DNA of 64,000 nucleotides from contig OZ316895.1 in the NCBI GenBank assembly GCA_973895155.1, positions 7,800,184-7,864,183 on the forward strand. Direction: 5' to 3'. The stretch's first letter is position 1, and each line of letters begins with the position of its first letter. The DNA comes from Marsupella aquatica (lineage: Eukaryota; Plantae; Marchantiophyta). Below the pieces are notes generated by a model that saw only the letters and a list, made by a program, of their open reading frames with translations, was not told the DNA's origin and did not search any database. Shown here piece after piece: positions 45,930-59,099 of this stretch. The position numbers were made by a program, and so were the translations under genes.

Positions 45930-46495
45930 GGGCCTCAATCCAAGGGGTGTCCCATATCATGCTCAAAGTTTTGGGGGAATAAACACCCTAAAAATTAAGT
46001 CAATAACCTTTTTTTAGGAATTGTTTTACCCCTAACTTAATGGAATATTCCAAGAATATTCTCATATTTGATTTAAAAAAACCCTATGATTCTTATTATT
46101 CTCAAAATTGGATTAAAATAACCATACTGTTCTTCAACAAAAATTTAAAAGTATTTCACTAAACCCAATAAAAAACCCTATACTTATTCGCTCGTGATTT
46201 GGGTCGGAAGAAAAGAAGTGAGGACCCCGGGCCCATCACACAAAAATAAGTATAGGGTTTGTTTATTTGATTGAGAAGAATACTTTAAAATTTCTGTAGA
46301 AGAACATTAGGGTTTTTAAAAATTCAATTTTGAGAATTATAAGAGAAGATATGGTTTTAGAAATGATTTTTGTGAATATTTTTAGAATATTCCAAAAAGA
46401 TAAGGGTATAATTTTTTTTTTCTTCTTCTGATTTTTAGGGTGTTTAATAGCTAGAAATGTCGAGTGTGTTATGAGACCCCCTAGATTTGAGTGGT
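45930..46495. mobile_element. ~565-bp imperfect palindrome (foldback/MITE-like), arms ~45930-46188 and ~46246-46495; partial third arm copy at ~47190-47290
   Basis: AAACCCTATACTTATT vs AATAAGTATAGGGTTT, TTCTCAAAATTG vs CAATTTTGAGAA, and AAACACCCTAAAAAT vs ATTTTTAGGGTGTTT are reverse complements in mirror order. Confidence 0.75.
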
Positions 46496-47986
46496 AGGGG
46501 ATTTTACTGAGGTGAAATTATTGCTGGAATTTTACTGTTTTTACCCCGAAAGGTCTAGAAGAATCAAAATAACTTGCATTATTTTGGGCATGAATAACCA
46601 ATTTGAATTGGAAAGTGGATACGACATATCTACTTTTCAGAACCCTTCTAAAGCAAAAGAGGTTGATTCTAGAGTTTTATGATGTTTTGGTTTGATGGCA
46701 TTGAGATGCAAAAGTAGTGGAGATAAAGAGCTGTTTTTAGCAAACCAAAGATATTCCTCACCAGAATGGTTAGTGTAAATGGATTTGCAGATTTCCCTGC
46801 TTCAGCATTTTTGGACAGAAATTATTCATTCGGAATCACATATTGGATCAAAAATTGGATTCTTGCACCAAATTGAGTTTTTGCAAAAAAAAGGTGATTT
46901 CCACCATTTTTGGCAAAATCAAAAGTACACTTCTTGGTAGCAGATCATATTTATTATTTGGTCGGTCAATGTGTTTCAAAAATGCCCAAAATGAGCCTAA
47001 AAACTATCCCTTTTTTTGCAAAATCTTATGGATGGAAACAATGCCCAAACTATGTTATCATTTTGAGCCATTAAATCAAAAAAATGGACCCAATTTTTTT
47101 TAATCCCCAGATTATCTATTTTAATCTTTACAATCTACACTTGTCATTCAAGAGATCATTTGTCTTTTAACTAATTTATAGTTATAGAAAGATAGGGGTA
47201 GAAAAATAATTTAATTTTTTTCTTCTTATTTTTAGGGTGTTTAATAGTTAAAAAAGTCAAGCGTGTTATGAGACTTACTTTAGAGTGAGGTCCCCAAGGT
47301 ATGTCAAAATGAATCATGGATTATGATTTTTGGCATCATTCCTATTATCATTCAAAGTTTGGTTTTTGAAACCTATGAAAGGCAAGTGTAGTGTTGACCA
47401 GGTTTCAACTTGGACTCCTTTGGAGGAAAAAAACAATATCTATTAACTAATCCCAAAGTGAAGCTAGAGTTGGGGTTTAGACTTCTAGAGTGAAACCTGT
47501 AGTATGTAACTAGAAAGGGCCTTCTCTACCAATTTATTTGTCCACAATTAACCTTCAAGACCCTAATTTTAGAGTGGGACAAGGTTCAGCCAAAATTAAA
47601 CCTAATTACTGTGGACATTCATGCAAACACTGTAATTTTGGCTTGCAATAATCATTCCATGACCAAGAGTAATGCCCGGTTGTTCCTAAGATTGTTGTGT
47701 TATGGCAATCTGTGCTTGTGTTCTCCATTGTTCAAGATCTTGGTGATAATGCAAACAGGCACAGTGTATATGGTGGTCTTGGAAATGTGCCTCCCTTGAT
47801 TGTTTCAATTTACACTCCAAACAATGTTATGCAGAAACTCGGGGGTTTCACTTCCACAAAAATGACATATCACGTTAGCAAGACCAATTATGGGGAGGGT
47901 GGACAGTGTACAATCTTTCTTTAATTTATTGGCAACAAAATTCAATATAATCATCGTAGGCAGACAGATGTCACCAAGTTGAATAG

Positions 47987-48331
47987 TGTTAGATATTGCT
48001 CTAGTCTTGTGACTCATGAGCTAACCACAGTTAGTCTAACTCGGGTTAGGACTAAGCTAATGTTAGCGGTAGTGTTGTTGTGTATTAAGCCAGGGCTGAT
48101 GCCAGACCCTGGATGGAACTTAGGCTCATTGTTACGGAGCTAGTTGAGAGATAGGGAGAGCTTGTGTTGTGGATGCTTGGTATGGCCGATCGGCCTAGAG
48201 TGCAGTAAAGCTCTTATGTGTTCCCGTGGACGTAGCCTCATGTGGAGGTGAACCACGTATCTCTCTGTGTTGATTCTTGTACGTTGGATGGTTCATGGGC
48301 TTGCCGTTGCGAATGTCGTCTATGCTCAACA
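47987..48331 (+). mobile_element. Solo LTR (345 bp) related to the young copia, TSD AATAG
   Basis: TG...CA; AATAG at 47982-47986 and 48332-48336; 48122-48331 aligns with 7220-7428 (GAGAGATAGGGAGAGCTT, TTCCCGTGGACGTAGCCTCA, TTGGATGGTTCATGGGCTTGCCGTTGCG, GTCGTCTATGCTCAACA); no PBS follows. Confidence 0.93.
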
Positions 48332-48589
48332 AATAGCACACTATTTGAGGCGTGTGCTCTGTCCTACTCTTGGATTACCATGGGTTGAGACTCTTTTCAG
48401 TGGCTGCTCATTATATTGGTGGGGGCCCTAGTACTATGTTTCACTTGCCACTCATTTAAAGTGTAGTCCTCACAATGTACTCCACTCATACTACAAAAAG
48501 TGAGTTATCTTTGCTAGAGATGATCTCAATCAAATTGAGCATCTTTCTCTCCAAGGTCAAAAAAGGGGTCAAAAAAGGGAGCTCACCAA

Positions 48590-49425
48590 GACAATAAGTA
48601 AGGGAAAATGCCAAATGGAAACGACGATAATTTTCCAACGGGAAGTCCATTGGGGGACTTCTTGGGTGTGTTGGAAGCTCTCAAGGAGTGCTACATTCTC
48701 CTGAGCTCAACTGGGTCTAGGGGTGCCATAGGTTCTCGGGGTTTACGGGGGCTATCTTGCCCGCTTGCCAAATCCTGTCAAAATAACAGCCAAGCCACGT
48801 TCAGTCTCTCAAGGGAGCTTGCATTGGGGAGGCGAGGCCAAGTAGGTTGAGTTCCAAGTGCACTTGGCCCCTAGACCATCAGTGGGGCAAGAACCGAGAG
48901 TTGGTTGCTAGAGTCGGGGCCATTCTGGTCCCGACGTGTTGAGACAAGGTTGGGACAAGCTTTAGGATAAGCTATGCTATAATTTGGGCCATGAGATGTC
49001 CTGGGGGTAAGGCGGTCAGTTGGTGATGGATAGGTATGAGGGGGAACCCGGGCTGCACCCAAGGAAGGAGCTGGTCTGGACGAACAATTGGTGTTGGTTC
49101 TGGTACGACTAATGGCATCGGGAGGACCTATCGCTGACCTACTTACCAATGTCAGTTGATCTTGAGTTAGGATTCTAGACTTGGGAGATCTAGATCCTGA
49201 GGGGTTACTTATCGAGACTCTTGGTTGCTTGTGCAGACAGTGAGGACCATTGAGTAGCGGTCGTGTTGGGGAACAAGTGCGACTTCGTATGGGAGGGGCC
49301 ATAGGCGGTGCAAGGGGCATTAAGTTGCTTGCTCGAGGTATTCTATGGAGGCATTCGGGCACCAGGGGCACTTAGGCGTGGGTGCTGGGATTGATGAGGG
49401 TGCTGGGTGGCAAGGTCCATCACTC
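48590..49425. repeat. Dispersed degenerate repeat, copy 2 (homologous to 44100-44975)
   Basis: See copy 1; same orientation. Confidence 0.75.
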
Positions 49426-52400
49426 TGCAACAATCACAAATGACAACATGCATGACCATAACAACAATTGTGCAACTCATGGGCATTGGGCTCAAATGTA
49501 AAAATTTACATCCTCAATAAGCTCCTCTTCCTTATAAGAACACTCTAGTAAGTCTGCGAGTAGATCTTGTGGTGGAAAGCTATCTATCAATACTTGCATA
49601 TATGATGCAACTCAGACCCAAACAATACTCTCAAGAGACAAACTGGGCAAATACTCACATTGATTTCACTCCTTCTGCATATGGGTTTTCTTCAATTCTA
49701 GGCCGGAACAGGTCTAAAATGAATACTGAGGGTGAAGTGACTTTGCGACACTTCCATTTCATATGGCAGAATTTGACAAGTCACATACATTCAAACTTTG
49801 TTTGTATATGAAACAATATATTAAACATGTATGTTAAACAATTTAGGTTCAAAACTACACATCGTCCACCTCAAACACAATGGCCGGGCATTGTGCTAAA
49901 TAGAAGTTGGGTTAGAATTAAAATGACTTTTTTGTCATCGAACTAAATAAATTCCATATCTGACCAGAACACCATGGACCTTCTGTGTTCGAGGGAGGAC
50001 GGGAAACCCATAACCCATTAGACCCGTTTACTGGTGGATAACTGCATTCTTAGGTGGTATCCTCTGAATCCAAAATTTCACAAGTGGTGAATCTGTAAAG
50101 CATTAAACCACTTTGTGCTCTGCTCAATTAGGAATGCGGCTGCATGAAGCAAATCAGAGGAAGACTGTCCTGCAAAAAGTTGATGGTAGACGTTGACGCA
50201 GTGGACATCCGATCTGACACCAATATAGAGTGTCGGATCGTATTCGTGGGCCTGGCCTGGATCGAAATTGCATGCAGCTAAGGGGCGCGAGTCTCTGACC
50301 GTATGGTAGAGCTTACCACGATGGAATTAGTGTCAATTTTCGCCCTCGTTTTCGCCATCACATGTTTGTACAGGAATAATGTTTTGGTCCTCCACAAGAG
50401 CCTTGCGTTGTTTCACCGATGTCGATCGTTGCCTGATTGTTTCTACGTAAGAGTACTGTACTTCAGTACTGCTGCACAGGGCAGTGGACGAAATTGCGAA
50501 ACGGCCCATTCCTTCAAGACCCAGATCCGATGCTTCGGGCCCAGGCGGGGGCAGGAATGGACTCGATCCGGTCGGTCAATTCGCTTGAGTTCCCTTTGGT
50601 CGACCTGGGGTGGGTCTAGTGAAAGATTGGTTGCTTGGCTGATGACATCAGGCAAAGTGGAATTGGTTTGCGATGAACCCTTCTGTGTACGTAGGAGTAC
50701 TATTGCCCGCCCAAGATTTACCCGCTAATAACGTAGGTGTAGTGATCAGTGGGAAAAGGGCAGGAAGTCCCCTCCCCAGCTTTCGATCAGCGAAAGGTCC
50801 GTAGGAATGCTGATTGAGGAGCAACTTTTGGGTCGTTTGCAGGCAGGTTGGTACCCCACAGCAGTCGTCCTTCGCGCGCAAGCTGCTGCGAGGGCCAGGC
50901 AAGGGGAATGGAATGCAACAACGGCCGCCATTGTCTGCCAGCCAGCCAGTCAAGTCAGCTCTCAAGGAGGACTCATCCGAGTAGCGTTGGCATTTGAAAT
51001 AATGTGGAGCCCTCCAACCTATCTATGTCGGACCTCGACTACCAATCCGTCCAGAAAGTAGCCCTCTCGATCGCTGCTCCTGCCTCGATATTGCATGCCC
51101 GCATGCATATAGTACAGCCACGCCATAGCTATCAGCTGCAACGCACATACACAGCTAGAGCTTTTGGATCAGATTTTTCCAATGTAAATCGTGTTCTTTG
51201 AACGCGTGCAGTATAATTACCTTTGCCGTAGAATTCCATACGCGCTGATTGAACTTCTGTTGAAAGTAGCGGATGTGTCGGTGCTCAGTGAGGTACATCT
51301 GAGCGAAACCCCAATCGTGCTGCAAATTGAGAAAGTATGTGTTGTAAGAGTTGCAATTCACCTAGAGTAACGATTGTTTTGAAATTTGGGACTGCTCGTG
51401 CTATCAGCTACAGTCCATTTTCACGGTGAACTTGCCATTCGGCACCTTTGGTTGGGCGGTGACCCCTTTCTTGAAAAAAGGATAAAAGATCACTGTACAG
51501 TACAAAGCGAGCTAGGTCTGGCAAGACACTCGGGCCCGGAAAGAGCTGTACCTCAATAAAACGCAGCAAGCGTGCGTGGCCGATTGCGCACCGATCAGCC
51601 CCCCGTGTCTACAGTGAGGTTTTCAGTACTGTCACCTTGAATTCTATAATATTCAACAGTTGTGAGGCCGTCCGTCTCGACGCATGCTCACAGCTCTGTC
51701 GTTCAAAAGCTCAAATCCGCATCTATTGCTGAATGACTTTACAGAACTACAAGCTACTATTACGTCAATGGCCCGTGTGGAACGATACTCGCTGCTGCTG
51801 CCTTGATTTCGGCATTGGAAAGATTTCTGTAGGAGCTAAAATAATGATACCCTCACCATAGATTACCTTTGCGAGTCACCTTCTAGTCATCTGTTCGGTC
51901 TCCTGGTCTGCAAAGTGCATGGTTGTTCCATATATTCCCGTAGGTTTTTGTTCTGTCAAGGATTTCTCTATGACAGGATCATGTTAAATTCCACAGGGCC
52001 TGACATGAAAGAACATGTGTATACGGCTGATGTACATAACGCCCCAATTAATGTACGACTGTTCAGATCCCAAGACGGAAAGGTGATATATGGCGTTCAA
52101 TTTACTCCTTATTTCAGCCCTTTTGTGTCGTCCTGAATCTTGAATAGATACTGTCGTATACTTAATTTTGGACCACGGTCGCGGTGTTCAGGTCCTCAAG
52201 ACAAGACAGATACAATGTAAAGCATCAGGTATTATCTACCGTGTCCGCTTCTATGTTAGTCACCGATCCCACTTACCTTCAGTATTTGTCCATTTGATCG
52301 AAGATTTTCTTGACATAGGCGACTACAAAATGACTCCATTCAAAAAATAACAGACAACGCGATTAGTTGGAGTGGTCTGGTTTTCGAAAGCGATCATGGA

Positions 52401-54894
52401 TTACGAGACCTGGCTCGAGCGATGATGACATCAAATCGCTTCAGCGTCACTTGTCAGAAATGTTTTAAGAAGAAACAGGCGATATGCAGCAAATAGCTCG
52501 TCGTTGTGATCATCCCGAGGTTTATTGCGGCCTTTTCCGACAATCTCTGAGAGTTGGAGGCCCGTGAAGCAATAGTTCAGTGTTTTAGGCCCTCTCAAAG
52601 TTCTTCCAGATCTACGAGGAGGCGTTGTATCCGTCTCAAGCACCTCGTTGCGCCTATCCCAATGAATTTTCCTTCAGAAGAATTGGCAGTTTTGGAGAGC
52701 TCGATCGAAGTGTAGAGAATAGAAGCCAAATGCTGCAGCCCTAGTATAGCTCTTATGAGACCTAGAATAGCTCTTATGAGAATTTGACACCTGTTGTCGG
52801 GGGAAGCGATTGACAATCTGTTACAAAGCGCTTAAAGGGAGCAGAGTTTGAGCATTTCATGCATTTTTGTCTCGGCATGCCGCATCCAATCCCTTCCAAT
52901 GTTCAGCTTGTTATTCATTGAACCCTGCCCCTGGTACCTGTATCTGGGACGTTATCGAGGTCAACCACTGTTCAAAGCATTTAGGTAGAACGTACTGGAT
53001 ATAACTTTATATTGATGCAGAATCGTTTAAAAACGAATATGATCGCCACTTCCCCAATTGCTGCGTTTACGAATTTACGGGAAGTTCACCTCCGAACAAT
53101 CAGTAACTAATCGCACCGGCACACAGGAAACGCATCTTCGATACTGGTCAGAGCGTACTAGGCTCCAAACTCGCTTGGATTGAAGGAAGATGTGGACAAT
53201 TTTAAGAAAGGATGGCAGTTCACTTATTTTAGGAGACCGTTTCCACCTTTTTCTTTGAAAGTGATGAAAGTTGAGAACTTCTGCGAAGATCCGCGCGATG
53301 ATGTCGCGCCTTCGGCATGTTTTTGTCTAAAACGCAGGGAAAAACCAGAGACTGATCGTTGTTGTCCCGGTAGCTTTTCGTTTCGCTCTTCCCAATTGTT
53401 TTTTCCTCATTTCTCCGACCGTCTCTGGGAGCTTGAGCCTGGAAGACAAAAGTAGGTCGGGCCTAAACTTCCTCCAAAGGCCAGACTTATTACAGTACAG
53501 TGCTCCGTTGATCACATGAGACAGGTGCTTTGATTCCTGAGCCTGTCTTTTGTCTCGTTTTTCCGACCATCTCTGTAAGCTGGAGGATCGAGGCCCATGG
53601 AGCATACACTTTGGGCCTGAATACTGTAGACTTCTTCTTCCAAGACCTTACAGAAATCACTCACTCCACATATCGCTCCAATCGCCACGTTTCCCAATGC
53701 TTCTTTTCCATTCCGTCCCTCGATCAGTTCCTCTCAGGCCCGCTCTTAAGTCAGTAGAAGGGAGGTCAGTACTGTAGTTTAGTCAGAGATGTCTGCTACA
53801 GTTTGGAGACATACGGCCCGTAATCCGTTCAATTATGAACATAAATTATTTCCTGCTGCAAAAATGGAGGCAAAACAATATCTCCCACGCCCCGCTCCTC
53901 CCTGCCGCTCCTACTGCTCAATAGCTCCCCGGCCTTGGGGACTAGGTCACCGTAGCTGGCAAATCTCTCGAGGCATTGCCGGAAATCCTGGGCGGCAATG
54001 GAAAACCGTAGACTAACGAATTGCATCGTACTTCACGAGCGTCACAAGAAATGCGTGTGCATATCGACAAAGATCTTCACCACCAAGTCTATTCATTTAT
54101 CCACGATTCCACGCAAAATTGTTGTCTCGTTTTGCTGCAGAGAGATGCTCGGGAGCGGGGCGGGAGAATCGATCGAATGGAGCCTAACTTTCCCGACCAA
54201 CACTCTGCCATGGCTTTCGTGTAACTTACCTTTGTGGCATTGCGGGCTGCTGCACTGCTGCACGGCTGCACACCAGCCACCTGTGGTTTGGAGATCGATT
54301 CGTACCTTCGCTCTGCTCATCATCAGCCAGCACTACCACTGCAAGCTAGCACGTCAGTCAGCAGGCAGCCATGTACTACTGGAGCTGATTAGCTGAAGCG
54401 TGCTTTTCGGAATTTACTCGATAAACATAAGGTAGGAGCTCACCATCAATCTAGCCGTTTCTCCAGTACAGTGGTACGCTGCTTCCCTCGGCTCGGAAGC
54501 TTGTCAGTCCACGGAATCCTATCGACGACGAATTCAATTCAACCTTGACCGTCTTGGCCATTCCAGTACCGTCCTCTTCATTACAGAACCCATCATTTCT
54601 CCATCGGACGACGTCACATAGCCACTGTAGATTCGCAACTGTCTCCGCTTTGATTCTTTGAAGCAATTTGGTAGAAGCGACTGTATCCCTCCAGACGGGT
54701 GGACCGGACTCGGATCAATTAACTTTTCTCTTTCTCTTTGGAGTGAGTTAGACGAGGAAAGCTCGGTTCCAAGCTCGTTTGAACGATTGAAAGGAGGATG
54801 CAATAGTATAATTGTTTAGGGTTTAGGGTCCTAACCTAACCATGTTAAGTCCTAACCTAACCATGGTTAGGAGCTTCCTTTGTACCATTTATCA

Positions 54895-56598
54895 TCTTCT
54901 TTTACTATAATAACCAATCCCGCCAGTTTTAGTCCTTCGTCCCGTTACAAAAATGAAAAAGGAGGGAACAAAACTAAGCCATCAGATATTTTCTTGAATT
55001 ATTTATGACTCTTGGATTGAGTGAGATGGGAACCTAAAATTGGCTATAAGTTATAGTACAAAGTAAGTATGTAAGTTATAGTACAAGGTAGATATAATAT
55101 ATCATAGAATACTTGCATGTGCTACTCTAGTTAGTTTGTAGCTTGCTTATAATACTTTTTGACATGGAACATTAAAGTGTAAGTATATTATTTTATGGTC
55201 TATTAATTTAGAGTACATTTGGCATGAAAGTGAAAAGATTTACTTGAGATAATGGTTTTGGTAGGGAGCGAGCACTAAGGGGAAGAGAGTAGGTCGACAT
55301 TATATTATTTTGGCTTTTGCTCTTAAAAAGGAGATTTAACTCTTTGGAAATTAGTTAATTTTTAGTTATCTTGCATGGACCCCAATTTCTATTTTGCACA
55401 ATGATATCTTTCACTCAACAAAAGTTTTTGTGTAATAATGTATTTTAACAATTATTATTTTTATTCAACGATTATCTGTTGCACCACGTACGATCTATTT
55501 CTCAACAACATCTTTAACCAAACAACATCTATTATGCAACGCACTGGGATTGAAAGGATATTGAGAGAATAGTCATCTTTGCTAAACCCTAAAACACTAA
55601 ATCTGAAACCAATAATATAACGTTGCTCCAATTTATAGTGGTCGCCATTCAAATGCATGGGCATTTTGGGTAAAAAAACAAAACAAAGAAAAAGACTCAC
55701 TCCTTCTTAGTTTCCTTGATTTTTTATTTCATAACATCTTTCACAGAACATAGCTTGGGTGAAATAACGCCATTTTTCTTTTAACATCTTTTATTTCACG
55801 ATATCTTTGGCAAAATGACACATTTTTCTTAATAACATCTTTCACACAATGGCATGTTTGGCAAAACTACTTTTTCTTAAGACATCTTTTTACTTTGTGA
55901 CATCTTTCACTTAACAACATCTTGGGCAACACGACATCTTATTTCTTAATAACATCTTTTGTGCAACGCACGGGTATTTTCCGTGAACGATGTCTTGGCC
56001 GACATGACGTTTTTTTCTCAACATCTTCGCCAACATGACAATTTTTTCTCAACGACATCTTGGCCGACACAACGTCTTTTTTCTCAACGACTTCTTGGCC
56101 GACATGACATTTTTTTGTTCAATGATCTCTTGGCCAACACGACATCTTTTTTTCTCAAAGTCTTCTTGGCCGACACGACATCTTTTTTTCTCAATGACCT
56201 CTTGGGTGACAAGACATCTTTTTTCTCCACAACCTCTTGGTTGACACTACATATTTTCTTTCAACGACCTCTTGGCCAATACAACATCTTTTTTTCTCAA
56301 CGACATCTTGACCAACACAACTTCTTTTCTCTCAATGACCTCTTGGGCGACACGACATCTTTACTCTCAACGACCTCTTGGGCGACATGACATCGTTTCT
56401 CTCAACGACCTCTTGGGCAACACGACATCTTTTCTCTCCACAACCTCTTGGGCAACACGACATATTTTCTCTCCACGACCTCCTAGGCAACACTACATCT
56501 TTTTTCTCCATGACCTCTTGGCTGACACTACATCATTTTTCTCAATGACATCTTGGCCGACACGACTACTTTTGTGCAACGCACAGGTATTGAGCTAG
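54895..56598 (+). mobile_element. Non-autonomous Helitron
   Basis: 3' end TGTGC-AAC-GCACA hairpin (56573-56585) then CTAG (56595-56598) followed by T. Candidate 5' end A|TCTTCTTTTACTATAATAA at 54895 is less certain. Confidence 0.7.
55900..56570 (+). repeat. Minisatellite, ~33-36-bp unit TTTTCTCAACGACCTCTTGGCCGACACGACATCT, inside the Helitron
   Basis: Many diverged tandem copies; more decayed copies extend back to ~55720. Confidence 0.9.
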
Positions 56599-59099
56599 TC
56601 ACATATATAATACCCGAGGAGGAAGTTGGTGTGACAGTTGGAAGTTTAATGTACAACAAGTTCTCAGCATGCACTGACTCTCCAAGATTGGGCAAGGCTA
56701 TGGCAAATTGATCTTGCAAGGCTATGGCGAGTCAGATCTGAAACCCTGAAGAAAAATCGAGATTCAGAGAGGGATTTTTCTATGAGAACCTTCTTTGGAT
56801 TTTTCCCCTGGACGAACGATTCTAACCTCGAATCCGTCAAGGCGAGTAGTACATTACTGATTGAGAATTATGTAATGTAGCACATTTAAAATTATGCTAA
56901 AAATTATGTAATTTTGAAAATCGCACAGTAATTTTGTGCATCACTCAGTTTCTATAGAGAAGCAGGGATGGACAAAGAATACAGATCATGATGCTGGATC
57001 ACTCAATTCATTATTTTCGTCGAGGCCCCAAGGAGCCTTTTCCGACAAATTATGGTCCCTATTTGGCAACATTCTGAGGCGGTCTTGCTCATTTCCAAGT
57101 GGTGATTGTACAGTATAGGATAAATCCTAATACCACATAGAGGTGAAAGTCAGGGTGCACGGTTCCAAATTCCTTTTGTCCAGCCTGGCTTTTACTTTTG
57201 CATTGCACATTTGAGTTCATTTGTTTGAGTATCCAGTGGATCTCTTGCTTTGTGCAAGGCATTCTACAATGGGAGTTGGAGAGTTAGAGAGACAATCACC
57301 GTACATATGAATGTGGTAAAGTAGACTCATTGTTTGAGGGCTATGTTGGTGAAGCTCTAAGTTGCTTTTTAATGTTGCGAAGTAAGTGCATTGTCTTTCA
57401 CAGCAAGAGTAGCTATGGAGGATACTCACTTGTATCATGGGGTAAATATCTAGGGTAGGAAACATGTCCTTAGTCTTGTGCATCGATCATGGAGCTTTGA
57501 TTGTAACCCTTGAGCATTCTCTTATTTCATGTACTTCTGAAGTCATGGCATGATAGCCACAACTTGAACACATGGTGTTGGTTACATTACGTCAAAATCG
57601 GACCTGTCCCGTTTGATGTCGTGCTGATTAGAAATGGATGTTGTGTTTATGCTTCCTTCTTGACCATCCAGTGTCGATAGATCTAGAGAAGATAAAAACA
57701 TTGCTTTCAGGGAATATGAGGGAATTCCCAGGCCAGGAACTCAATGTACATTAGGGACCAAAAATTCTTTTGACAGATCCACTCTAAAAATAGTTTAATA
57801 CAGTAACTTAGTGCCGACGCATGCGTGAAAGATAAAATTGTTTTTCATTTCAGGAAATAACTCAAGGCCGGAATGGTATTCTCCTGTTTCAATTTGAGTA
57901 ACAGTTGTATACAGTTAAATGTTAGTGTTTCCACTAGGATGCTGAAAATATTTTTAAAATTCACATGAGAAAATTCTTTGGAGTTTCCCCGAGGACACCA
58001 GAACATTTATATTGATAGTCTGGCTCAGAATTGTAAGAATTATTTATTTATTGCGCAAACTGGCATGACAAAGTCTAAGCTTTGGAGGACCAGGACCTTG
58101 TCCGTAAATTCTGTACAGAATAAAAGTTATAGGTGGGTAACCATTTCTAGTCCACCTCCTATTCTCATAATTTAATGCCTACAAGCAACAGTTGGGTAAT
58201 CTTTTTTCAGACAGGAATTGCGTACAATTACTTTGGTCTGGGTAATGTTCTAGATTGTGACCTTGCTATCTAGATGTTCAAAAAAGCTTCTCATGTGGCC
58301 AGTCAGCTTATTCTCACATTCTGGACAGGGTGACAGACTAGTAACTCTTGCCCAGATATTGGTTATACCACCTGCTTATTTGCTAAACTGGCCTAATGCA
58401 GGGGAACTTTAGGAAACTTTAAGGAAACACACTAAAAAACCAAATAGTGAATCTGTCCCTGGTTTTGGCCCCTTTACATTAACGATAACTTTTATACATG
58501 ACCTGACTTGGGAAGGTGTTACCCTTGTTTACTGATACAGTACGAAAGAGGGTACCGAAAGAGAGAGAAACTGGGAGGTTTTTGATGTAACGTTGAGCTA
58601 TATTAGTTTAAGGGACCATCTAATTCAGTCCAGTACTAGTAGCCACAATACCCTGCAAAGTCAGGAGAAGCACTCCCACTAGCTGGACTTCTCTCTGAGA
58701 TGTCTTGCCGTTCATTGGCACCACTTAGTGTTGGCGAGCAGCGCTCACTCAGGTGTAATACTCAACAGATATCCGTCAATGTTGCTGTTGATGAAGTCTC
58801 CACTGTGCATTCGTTGTAATCTTGTGCACTTTCATCCTGCTTCCAGTTTTCCCTCTTCTGAAATGGTACCTTATTTCATTGTAATCGGTTGCCTGGCTAG
58901 TCTTCATTGCCTGGCCACTAGGGGAATTGAAGATAAGACTTGCAAAGAATCCTATGAACAGAAATCATGTAGCTGGCTTCGTTTCAATTTACGAGCCTGT
59001 TAATGATATAAAATCACTGAAGAATCATCCAGCCAGAATACTCGCTAATCTCTCGATTGAAACTACCCAAATCAGTCAATTTCCAGCTTCGCCAATAGT

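Noticed and set aside
54815-54870. TTTAGGG x2 and CCTAACCTAACC as interstitial telomere
   Set aside because: Only two units; compatible with a telo-box or chance.
55900-56570. CRISPR-like array (33-36-bp period); the 7064-7170 and 22220-22640 repeats were also considered
   Set aside because: Units are contiguous diverged copies with no unique spacers, there are no cas genes and the context is eukaryotic; the ORFs over it are repeat translations.
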